61,396 nucleotides of DNA from a virus (lineage: Duplodnaviria; Caudoviricetes). Location of the stretch: the IMG/VR virus record IMGVR_UViG_3300031949_000037, positions 1 to 61,396 of that record; one strand, given 5' to 3'. Under the pieces are notes generated by a model. It searched no databases. It worked only from the letters and a program-made list of their open reading frames with translations, and had not been told where the DNA came from. Positions within the stretch are counted from its first letter, which is position 1. Each line of letters opens with the position of its first letter. This document shows positions 53,736 through 61,396 of the stretch, piece after piece. Made by a program: the position numbers and the translations under genes.

Positions 53736-56700
53736 ATGGTCTCAAACCTCTACCTGAACGTAGACGCCAAGGCGGCCACTCTCCGGGTCGTAATCGGGGG
53801 TATCCCGATCCAGGCCCTCTCCGCCCAATGGGACTTCGCCTACCAGCGACCGCCGACGGCCCTAATCCGGGTCCGCAATCCGGCCCCGGCGGCGGCCGTT
53901 TTCCAGGCGCCCGTACAGATTGACGCTGGCTTCAACGGCCTGACGGTCCGCTCGTTCACCGGTACGGTCCTGAACGTAAACCCCGACGAGACGGGCTGCA
54001 CCATCGAATGCCAGGGGATATCGGCCGCCCTGGAAAACACCTTCCATAAGGTCGTGGTGACGGTAGACGGCACGAAGACGGCCACGCAGCTAGTAACCGA
54101 GCTCCTGCAAGCGGCTGGCCTCAGCGCCTACTCGGTAGACCTACCGGCCTGGACGCCCGGCACGGTCTGCCCCCATGAGCTCGAATTCTCTAGCTACTCG
54201 GAGGCCATCATCAAGATAGCCGAGGTTGATGGCGGCCAGTGGTACGAGCTGCCTAGCGGCGTAATCCGCGTAGCGGTCGTCGAGCCGTGGCCTAGCGCTA
54301 CGGCCTGGCGGACCTACTTCAGCGGCGTACTGACCGGCACGACCGAGAGCTATCCGGCCGGAATCGCATCGGGCCGGCCCCGTCTCCGCCACGTCGGTCA
54401 GGCCCAGAAGGTCCGGGATGTCAAGAACCAGGCCTGGGTGCGGGGTTGCACCTACACCCAGACCAACCCCGATGGGACCGAGGTCTCCGTAGATGTCGAG
54501 GGGTGGGCCATGGGCGCTAGCCCGTGGGTCCGGGCGCCCGATGGTAGCCAGGCCTATAACGATCTGCTCTTCGCGAACGAGCTCGTCGACACCGCCGCCA
54601 AGGCTGGCACGGTAGCGGCCCGGCTGGTTAGCTATAACAACCGCCTTCTGACGCAGATCTCGGCCAGGATAGACGGTGACCCCGAGCTAGCCCTTGGCGC
54701 CACCATCGGCGTAGAGGACCCGTCCTACAGCGGCACGACGGGCAAGTGGTTCGTGGGCGGCTACCGAACAGCGATCAGCCTGGAGGGCTTCGCAACCGAC
54801 ATCACGACACTGCTGGGCGGTACACAGAGCGGCACGACGCTCAACATCTGCCCCTATGCGGCCTTTACCTACTTCACCGAGCTCGAGGTGATGGGCAGCC
54901 AGGTATGGGCCATCGTTACCCTCGACGCCAGCGCCAGCCTGGACCCCGACGGCTCCATCGTGAGCTACTGCTGGCAGGACAACCAGAGCCCGATGCAGAT
55001 CACGGGCTGCTACGCCGACCCCATCGTGACCCTCAGGACCGATGCCTCGGCCATTACGGGCACCTGGCAGGTCACGCTTACCGTGACCGACGACGAGGGC
55101 TGCGAGGACTCCGTTACGCAGCCCATCGCGCTCGAGCAGGGCATCTATGCCGCCCAGGTCCCGGCCGTCTTCGTCGCCTTCGATGCGTGGTTCAGCGCTT
55201 CACCCGACGGCGGGATCACTTGGAATGACCAGGCGGCGCCGGCGGGCTGGCACGTCGTGGCCGTGGGCGCTAAACAGGCGGACGGCGTTCACGACGGCTA
55301 CGGCGTCTACGGCCTCAGCGGGACCGCCGGCGGCCAGCTTTACCGGACGACGGACTACTGTGCTACGGCGCCGGCCCAGGTCCTCGCTGGCCTTGATGCG
55401 CCCGTCGAGCATGTGTGGTGGGATCAGAATCACCCTAGCGACATCTGGGCCCTGACCGAGCATGAGCTGTGGCGTAGCCAGAGCGACGGCGCCGCAGCCT
55501 CGTGGGTACTCTACAAGGACCTCGACGACCTTCCGTGGCTAGTGCCGGCGGCGGGCGAGTACGTTCACGCCAGCCGGATCGGCACGCCAGCACCCGAGGG
55601 CGTGTGGGTCTTCGGGGGCCAGTACGTCGACCAGGGCGCCGGGCTGGTAGGGCGGCCCCTGGTCTGCTGGGATGGCGCCCTCAACGGCGGCTGGGCTATG
55701 GCACAGATGGGCGGTGAGCTAGGCGTGGATCTCGGTGCTGGCGGCCCCCTGGACCTCTACGTAAAGGAAGCGGCCAGCCGGCAGGCGGGCGAGCTCGCCA
55801 TCGTGCTCAACTCGGCTACCTGGATGACGGGCCTCTACTACACGGACGACATCTTCGGCGACGGCTCGGCCTGGCTACGGGCCTCAGGGCTGCCAGCTAA
55901 GAGCCAGGGGAGGTGGATCGCACCCGATTGGGCCGTGGGCAAGTTCGCCTTCGCCTTCAACGACGCAGTGATCTACTTGGCGGACCTGGACCCCCTTACC
56001 GGCCGCCTGATGGTGACGACGGCGCCGGCGGCCCTGGATACGGGGCCCAGCGGGACCGACACTCCTAACTACGGCCAGTGGATCGGTGCCTTCAACTGGT
56101 GGATGCCCGGCGTGTACCTGGTCGCAGCAGAAGGGCCTAACTATCCCGGCCTAGTCTATAAGTCATTTGACCGCTTCCTCAGCATCGCCAAACTGCGGCC
56201 CGCGACGGGCTTCCCGGCCGCGCCCGCCGCGGCCAAGGGCAAGATGCTCTCCCTGAGCGGGGCCGGTAGCGCTACCCAGGAGCCCGACGAGGTCTGGGCC
56301 CTTACCACTCTTGGCGGCGTCAATAAGTTAGTCAGGTTGGCCGGTACGTCCTGGACGGTGATAACTGCGGACGCTGGCGCCGGCGCCATGCGGGTCAAAT
56401 GGCTCGGTAGCGACCTGTTCTACGTCAACGACGCAGGCCTCCAGCGCAGCCAGGACGACGGCGCCACCTTCACCAACGTCCTAACAGACGGCGTAAGCGT
56501 AGCGAAGGCGCCCGATGGCACCTTCTGGGCCATTACCCGGAGCGCCGCCCAGGCCGAGGAGTCAAAGGTGTGGTCGAGCCCGACGGGGGCCGCCGGGTCC
56601 TGGACGGTCCGATACACAGGCATCTGGGGGCTGTCGGCCGGTCAGTACGTTTGGTTTAACTCGGTCGACGTCGACCCTAACGACGCGAACCGCATCGCTG

Positions 56701-57296
56701 TAGTCGGCTCCCGACAGAGCGGCACGCTGGGCGCCTACTTCGTCTATTCCCTCACCGCCGGCGCCTCCTGGACGGTAGGGCCCAACCCCAGCAACTTCGG
56801 TAGTGACTGGCGTGACGTAAACGTACTCTGGGGCCAAAACCAGCGTGTACTCCTGACGCGGCGCAACGTCCTGATCATCGACGCGCTCGATAGTCCCTAC
56901 GCGGCATGGGTCCAGAAGTATGCGTCGCCAGATGTGGGGGGTGGCTCGCCCAACTCCCTGATCCGAGCCGGGATGTGGCTATGGGCTACCCGTATCGGCG
57001 CAACGAGCTACCACTGTCTAGTTCGTTCCGGCACGAACGGCCAGACATGGGAAGAAGTCTGGGCAGCGGGCCAGCGTCCCCACTACGGCGCGGCCTATAA
57101 CCCGGATGGCGAGCGGCTATTCGTGGTAGTGTCGCGGGTTGCCGGAGCGACCACGGACATCGACCGGCTAAAGCCATGTACGGACCCCATGCCCGACGTG
57201 GAGGCATCGCGGACGCCGATGCAATACAACTGGGCTACGGTCCTGGGCGATACCAGCCCCATCGCCCAAGGCGTAGCCGTGAAGGGCGTCAGCTAA
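53736..57296 (+). CDS. Tail tip/hub protein with PKD domain and Asp-box propellers
   Basis: LDASASLDPDGSIVSY.W..VTLTVTDD (PKD); SPDGGITW, SQDDGATF, GTNGQTW repeats. Confidence 0.8.
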   Translation: MVSNLYLNVDAKAATLRVVIGGIPIQALSAQWDFAYQRPPTALIRVRNPAPAAAVFQAPVQIDAGFNGLTVRSFTGTVLNVNPDETGCTIECQGISAALENTFHKVVVTVDGTKTATQLVTELLQAAGLSAYSVDLPAWTPGTVCPHELEFSSYSEAIIKIAEVDGGQWYELPSGVIRVAVVEPWPSATAWRTYFSGVLTGTTESYPAGIASGRPRLRHVGQAQKVRDVKNQAWVRGCTYTQTNPDGTEVSVDVEGWAMGASPWVRAPDGSQAYNDLLFANELVDTAAKAGTVAARLVSYNNRLLTQISARIDGDPELALGATIGVEDPSYSGTTGKWFVGGYRTAISLEGFATDITTLLGGTQSGTTLNICPYAAFTYFTELEVMGSQVWAIVTLDASASLDPDGSIVSYCWQDNQSPMQITGCYADPIVTLRTDASAITGTWQVTLTVTDDEGCEDSVTQPIALEQGIYAAQVPAVFVAFDAWFSASPDGGITWNDQAAPAGWHVVAVGAKQADGVHDGYGVYGLSGTAGGQLYRTTDYCATAPAQVLAGLDAPVEHVWWDQNHPSDIWALTEHELWRSQSDGAAASWVLYKDLDDLPWLVPAAGEYVHASRIGTPAPEGVWVFGGQYVDQGAGLVGRPLVCWDGALNGGWAMAQMGGELGVDLGAGGPLDLYVKEAASRQAGELAIVLNSATWMTGLYYTDDIFGDGSAWLRASGLPAKSQGRWIAPDWAVGKFAFAFNDAVIYLADLDPLTGRLMVTTAPAALDTGPSGTDTPNYGQWIGAFNWWMPGVYLVAAEGPNYPGLVYKSFDRFLSIAKLRPATGFPAAPAAAKGKMLSLSGAGSATQEPDEVWALTTLGGVNKLVRLAGTSWTVITADAGAGAMRVKWLGSDLFYVNDAGLQRSQDDGATFTNVLTDGVSVAKAPDGTFWAITRSAAQAEESKVWSSPTGAAGSWTVRYTGIWGLSAGQYVWFNSVDVDPNDANRIAVVGSRQSGTLGAYFVYSLTAGASWTVGPNPSNFGSDWRDVNVLWGQNQRVLLTRRNVLIIDALDSPYAAWVQKYASPDVGGGSPNSLIRAGMWLWATRIGATSYHCLVRSGTNGQTWEEVWAAGQRPHYGAAYNPDGERLFVVVSRVAGATTDIDRLKPCTDPMPDVEASRTPMQYNWATVLGDTSPIAQGVAVKGVS

Positions 57297-57300
57297 AGCC

Positions 57301-59181
57301 ATGAGCGAGTTCGACGAGGTAGCTGGCCAGATCAAGACTCTCCAGCGCGAGGTCCGGCGGCTCCGCATCGGCTACGACAAGATCGCTACCCCATCGGGGG
57401 GCGTACGGGCTACCTCCGTCGATGGGGTCCTGCCGGCGGCCAACCTCGTCCATGCCCTCTACGGCGCTGGCCACGTTGCCAGCCTGGCCGTGGCCGCCGG
57501 CGCTGGCCTCCTGGCCGATTACCAGGGCGGCCAGGCGCGCATGGACGAGACGGTCTACGCCATCGCTGGCGGGTCCGTCGCCCTGGACGACGACAGCACC
57601 AATTACGTCTTCGTCAGCAACGCGGGCATCGTCGCGGCGAACGCAACGGGCTTCCCGGCTAACTGCATCCCCATGGCGGAGGTCACAACGGCCGCTGGCG
57701 CCGTAACCGCCGTAGGCGACCGGCGCGCCTACCTCTGGGGCCACCATGGGCCCTTGTTTGCGGGTAACGTGACGATTGGGGGCTACCTAGGCATCGGCTC
57801 TGTCGTTCCGCCGGCCAACACGGGTTCGGGCGACGTGACGGCTAGGCGTCTACACATCGGCACGGACCTGGCCTTCACGACTGGCAAGGAAATCGAGTTC
57901 CTGGGCACCAATACGCTTGCCGCAGGCGACAACCGTTGGAGCTACTTGAAGCTCATCGTTAACCCCGGCGCGGCCTCCTCCCAGCAGCTCATGGCGGCGA
58001 CGACGGTCCTATCTTACGAGAGCACCTTCGCTCAGACGGGGGCTCTTTATGCCCATAACTACGAGGTGCAGGTCAAGGACAGCGGGGCTCTTTCGTACCT
58101 TACGGGGCTTCAGGTCGGCGGCTCGTTCAACACGCTCAATGCGGCCAACATCACGGATTACCGGCTGGCCAGCATCCAGATGCTCTACACGGCCGCTAGC
58201 CACGGGACCATTACCATTGGAACCGCCTATGGACTCAAGCTCGCCCTCTACGGGGGCTCGGGTCTTAGCGGTAGCGATGCGATCTCCTACCTCTACGGGT
58301 TCCATGTAGGCAATCTCGGGAACGCCAGGGTAGCCAGAGCGTACGGGCTCTACATAGCTGCCCAGTCCGGCTCGCCTACCATCGGTGCGGGCATCCGTAT
58401 TGAGGACTGCTCCCCAACCGCTGCGCTATGGCTGGGCGGAGATGCTGGTGCTACAACGTCGGGCATCAAGTTCGGTGCCGCAGCAGATACGAACCTCTAC
58501 CGCTCAGCGGCCGGCCTGCTCATGACGGATGGGAACCTCGATGTCAACGGCGTCATGGCCTTGGGCAACCATGCGTTGGCGGTGATCAACGCGCCGAAGG
58601 CGCTGAACGTCTGGCACAACACGGGGAACGTGAACACGGGGGCGAACCGGGGCGCGGTGTTCAGCGGGCAGCTCTACGTGAACTCGGCGACGAGCGGCTT
58701 CAGCTATGGGTTCCTGGGTGCGGCGGAGAACGTTTCGGGCGTCTCGCAGTACCTGACGGGGCTTTTCTTCGGCGTGAGCCAGAACGGCGCGGGTCTGCTC
58801 AGCTGGATGAGGGGCGTCGACGTGACGCTCATCACCTACGCCGGGATGGGCAACGTGACGTCGTCGGACGGTGTGCACGTGACCCTGGACTTCCAGGGGG
58901 CGAAGCCGGGGACGTTCCGGGGGTTCTACCTGGCGACGGGCGCGGTGACGGGGATGACTACGGCCTACGGCCTGCACGTCGAGGACATGGTGGGGACGAC
59001 CATCCGGCTGTTGGAGGTTGGGCCTGCGACGCCCTACCTGCGACTGGTGGGCGGCGCGGCGCCCGCGGCCAATCAGACCAACTTGTACCTCGCCGAGGGG
59101 GTGACGCCCACGCTACGGCAGGTACAATGGAAGTTGTTCTCGGCGCTTGTGGCCGGAGACCGAGTAATGGTCCTGGTCTAG
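57301..59181 (+). CDS. Tail fibre / receptor-binding protein
   Basis: G/A/T/S-rich beta-repeat character; DTNLYRSAA motif; end of tail module. Confidence 0.75.
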   Translation: MSEFDEVAGQIKTLQREVRRLRIGYDKIATPSGGVRATSVDGVLPAANLVHALYGAGHVASLAVAAGAGLLADYQGGQARMDETVYAIAGGSVALDDDSTNYVFVSNAGIVAANATGFPANCIPMAEVTTAAGAVTAVGDRRAYLWGHHGPLFAGNVTIGGYLGIGSVVPPANTGSGDVTARRLHIGTDLAFTTGKEIEFLGTNTLAAGDNRWSYLKLIVNPGAASSQQLMAATTVLSYESTFAQTGALYAHNYEVQVKDSGALSYLTGLQVGGSFNTLNAANITDYRLASIQMLYTAASHGTITIGTAYGLKLALYGGSGLSGSDAISYLYGFHVGNLGNARVARAYGLYIAAQSGSPTIGAGIRIEDCSPTAALWLGGDAGATTSGIKFGAAADTNLYRSAAGLLMTDGNLDVNGVMALGNHALAVINAPKALNVWHNTGNVNTGANRGAVFSGQLYVNSATSGFSYGFLGAAENVSGVSQYLTGLFFGVSQNGAGLLSWMRGVDVTLITYAGMGNVTSSDGVHVTLDFQGAKPGTFRGFYLATGAVTGMTTAYGLHVEDMVGTTIRLLEVGPATPYLRLVGGAAPAANQTNLYLAEGVTPTLRQVQWKLFSALVAGDRVMVLV

Positions 59182-59207
59182 GCCCCCCCGGCGGAAGGAG
59201 CGACGAC

Positions 59208-59522
59208 ATGGTCATGTACTCCCAGGACATCGACCCGGCCCTGGCCATCGAAATCCTACCCGAGAAAATCCGGCTATCTAAGCGGCGCATCACAGACTGC
59301 GCCCTCGACCTGTCGATTCTCTCCACCATGCCAGACCACGCCGCCCAGGAGGTTACGTACCTCGAGACCCAGCTTCGGCTCCAGAAGGCCATCCTAGCCG
59401 AGTACGAAAACCGCCTAGCCGCCATCCAGAAGGCCGCCCAGGGCCCGGACCGAGAAGCCGATACGGCTACCCCGGCCACTGAACCAACCGCCGAGAAGGC
59501 GGGGCCCACGCCAGGGCCATGA
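59208..59522 (+). CDS. Small coiled-coil protein
   Basis: AAGGAG RBS; follows the fibre gene. Confidence 0.55.
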   Translation: MVMYSQDIDPALAIEILPEKIRLSKRRITDCALDLSILSTMPDHAAQEVTYLETQLRLQKAILAEYENRLAAIQKAAQGPDREADTATPATEPTAEKAGPTPGP

Positions 59523-60025
59523 TCGTAGCAACTAACAGCCTACCGCCCGAAGTAACCAGCATGATCCAGGCCGCCGCCCGGCGCGCGGGGATCGCCGACG
59601 GCGTTGGCTACCTGGACGGCGAGGACGTCCTAAGCGACCTCACGCTGGTAGCCCTCCAGGCCCAGCGGGCCTTTGACCCAGCGCGGGGCGCCAAGTTTAC
59701 CACCTTCCTCTGGCTCCGCCTGTGGGGAGAGGCCGTCGATTTGCGCCGGCGGCATGGCCGGCAGCTACGGGATGGCCAGCCCCGCCCCATGGAGCTACCG
59801 CTGGAGGCCGCCGCCGCTGTCGAGGACCGCAGCGACCCGCCGGCCGCTGGCCTCATGCAAGCCATTTCGCACCTACCCGGCCGCGAGCGCGCGGCCCTAC
59901 TTCTACGAGACGTGGGGGGCGTGCCGGCGGCCGAGGTCGGGCACGTCCTGGGCATCGGCAAGAGCAGGGCAAAGGACCTACGCCGCCAGGCCGTGCGGCG
60001 TCTTCACGTAGCGATGGAGCGCTAG
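59519..60025 (+). CDS. sigma70-family sigma factor (regions 2 and 4, FliA/WhiG-like)
   Basis: FDPARGAKFTTF..GEAVDLRR; LPGRERAALLL..EVGHVLGI. Confidence 0.88.
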   Translation: MIVATNSLPPEVTSMIQAAARRAGIADGVGYLDGEDVLSDLTLVALQAQRAFDPARGAKFTTFLWLRLWGEAVDLRRRHGRQLRDGQPRPMELPLEAAAAVEDRSDPPAAGLMQAISHLPGRERAALLLRDVGGVPAAEVGHVLGIGKSRAKDLRRQAVRRLHVAMER

Positions 60026-60028
60026 GCG

Positions 60029-60045
60029 GTCGACCATTAGGGTGA
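60029..60045 (+). promoter_or_regulatory. Putative late-promoter motif, upstream of lysis module
   Basis: GTCGACCATTAGGGTGA. Confidence 0.75.
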
Positions 60046-60062
60046 TCAGGAGGCGGCACTCT

Positions 60063-60329
60063 ATGGCAACTCTGGATGCTCATGCCGGCCCGGCACTACA
60101 AGAGTGGCGGGCTTTTTGGGAGGATGTTCGGGGGGCCAACGGCGGCGATCCCAAGATGGTGATGCTGGCGATCAATCATCTAGGCGAAGGCCATGCAGGC
60201 TTCTGCGACGACGTCCGTAGGCGGATAGGCCGCCTGGAGCGCTTCGTCTACATGGTTATGGGCGGGCTCTGCGTGCTAGTGCCCGGCCTGGAAATAGGGC
60301 TCTACGTCCTGCACCTGGTACGGGGGTGA
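60063..60329 (+). CDS. Single-TM lysis-module protein
   Basis: AGGAGG RBS; IGRLERF followed by a hydrophobic helix. Confidence 0.6.
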   Translation: MATLDAHAGPALQEWRAFWEDVRGANGGDPKMVMLAINHLGEGHAGFCDDVRRRIGRLERFVYMVMGGLCVLVPGLEIGLYVLHLVRG

Positions 60330-60333
60330 GACC

Positions 60334-60531
60334 ATGCTGCTACGTGCGCTGTGGCGCTTCGGCAGGACCGCGTTAGCCGTAGGGGCTGGCGCCGCTATCA
60401 CGTGGGCCATCGGCAATGTGGGCGACCTACCCGTGCAGCCGGGGATCGCGGTCCTCGTGGGATCGCTCCTGGCCGCCGTCGACAAGTACGCCCGCGACCG
60501 CGGCTGGTACAAGACAGCCCCCGGCCTCTGA
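60334..60531 (+). CDS. Putative holin (2 TM)
   Basis: 65 aa, two hydrophobic segments, AVDKYAR; upstream of the amidase. Confidence 0.6.
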   Translation: MLLRALWRFGRTALAVGAGAAITWAIGNVGDLPVQPGIAVLVGSLLAAVDKYARDRGWYKTAPGL

Positions 60532-60878
60532 TGCACGTCCTCCTCGACCTCAAGGTCGGGCCCGTCAAGGCCCGACGTTGCTGGACCCCGGAGGCGTCTA
60601 ATGCCTTCATCGATCGGGCCGTGCAGATCACGGGCCTCGATCCCTTCGGCGAGCGGACGGTCTGCTACCATGGCCAGGTCCTCATGTTTTGCCAGCTTAT
60701 CGCCGAGTCTCACATCGCCGGCCACCTTGACCGCCAGCACGGCCTAGGATGGGTCGATGTCTTCTCCTGTGCCGACGTCGATAGCGAGCTGGTCGCGGCC
60801 GCCGTGCAGCTACACCTTCTGGTCGGTACGGGCGGCAGGATGAAGGTGCAGGTCTTGGAGCGGGGCATGTCGCCCTAG
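60531..60878 (+). CDS. speD: S-adenosylmethionine decarboxylase proenzyme-like
   Basis: LIAESHIAGH self-cleavage motif, VDVFSC, C-terminal LERG. Confidence 0.85.
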   Translation: MHVLLDLKVGPVKARRCWTPEASNAFIDRAVQITGLDPFGERTVCYHGQVLMFCQLIAESHIAGHLDRQHGLGWVDVFSCADVDSELVAAAVQLHLLVGTGGRMKVQVLERGMSP

Positions 60879-61046
60879 ATGGGCGGGCCGACGAGTGCGG
60901 CCGCGAGAGACCCTGCCACATTGGAGCAGCGACCTCAGCGACCGTAATCCGTTCAGCCCGGCCGGTTTCGACCGGCTCCTGAGGAAGCGCCGATGGTTCG
61001 GCCTAGAGCAGCTATGGTGGGCCTGGCGCCGCTGGCGCCGGGCTAG

Positions 61047-61396
61047 ATGGCAGAGGCCATGTATCCCCCGGATGAAACGATCTGGCCGCAGGTCGAGCCC
61101 CACACCTGGAAATACGCGCCCCGCTGGCACACGCCGCGGCTAATCCTGATCCACGCTACGCGCGGCAACAACACCATGGAGCTCCAGTACCAGGCCACGA
61201 AGAACTGGCAGATCTCGCCCAACAACCGCGTCGTCGAGGCCGACGGCTCGGCCTGGGCCTCGATGTCGGACCGGATCATCAGCCACGAAGGCCAGCTCTG
61301 CCGGACCTTGCCCGAGGACCGCCATCCTACCTGGAGCGCTGGCCATATGGACCCGTGGGCGATCTCCTACGAGCTTGCCCAGCCCCCCGAGAGTTG
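61047..61396 (+). CDS. Amidase endolysin, 5' part (continues through the junction to 554)
   Basis: MAEAMYPPDE..PRLILIHATRG.. reads in frame into MSDRIISHEG. Confidence 0.85.
   Translation, partial: MAEAMYPPDETIWPQVEPHTWKYAPRWHTPRLILIHATRGNNTMELQYQATKNWQISPNNRVVEADGSAWASMSDRIISHEGQLCRTLPEDRHPTWSAGHMDPWAISYELAQPPES
61213..61396. repeat. Terminal direct repeat, right copy
   Basis: Matches 1-184 with one mismatch. Confidence 0.97.

Noticed and set aside
57301-59181. Diversity-generating retroelement acting on the tail fibre
   Set aside because: No reverse transcriptase and no template/variable repeat pair seen.
58428-59207. First ~260 codons of ORF 58428-59522
   Set aside because: Alternative frame inside the tail fibre gene; a start with RBS exists at 59208.
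1-61396. TAG stop-codon reassignment suggested by TAG/CTAG abundance
   Set aside because: Long conserved genes are intact in code 11, many end at TAG at expected positions, and I found no suppressor tRNA.
61213-61396. Biological direct terminal repeat
   Set aside because: It falls inside the amidase gene, which fits a circular assembly overlap better.

Overview
The window looks like a complete, GC-rich tailed-phage genome of about 61.2 kb. Bases 61213-61396 repeat bases 1-184 with one mismatch, and this junction splits an amidase gene. All credible genes are on the + strand. Gene order: recombination/repair (RecT/Bet-like, SbcD, SbcC, minimal PolX), small early genes, XRE-HTH regulator, split HldE-like kinase and nucleotidyltransferase, ParB-N and radical SAM, terminase, two DNA methyltransferases, portal-F fusion, ChaB-scaffold, capsid, tRNA-fMet, six glycosyltransferases and four SAM methyltransferases, siphovirus-type tail, phage sigma factor, holin-like genes, SpeD, amidase. 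I recognised no integrase, replicative polymerase, primase or helicase. A Chloroflexota (Dehalococcoidia-like) host is a tentative inference. The best novelty candidate is at 20.3-21.9 kb: a promoter drives about 130 degenerate hexamers (C)G-N-Y-N-N with a hypervariable dinucleotide, followed directly by a stand-alone RAMP/Cas7-like gene. It resembles a CRISPR-less, VIPR-like RNA-guided module with a 6-nt period. Other highlights: a palindromic operator (about 11 copies, 8 inside sigma70 promoter spacers), a 5-copy late-promoter motif, a type III hammerhead ribozyme with a core variant that sequesters an RBS, a C33 initiator tRNA, and CTAG enrichment. All calls come from reading motifs by eye; no searches were run.
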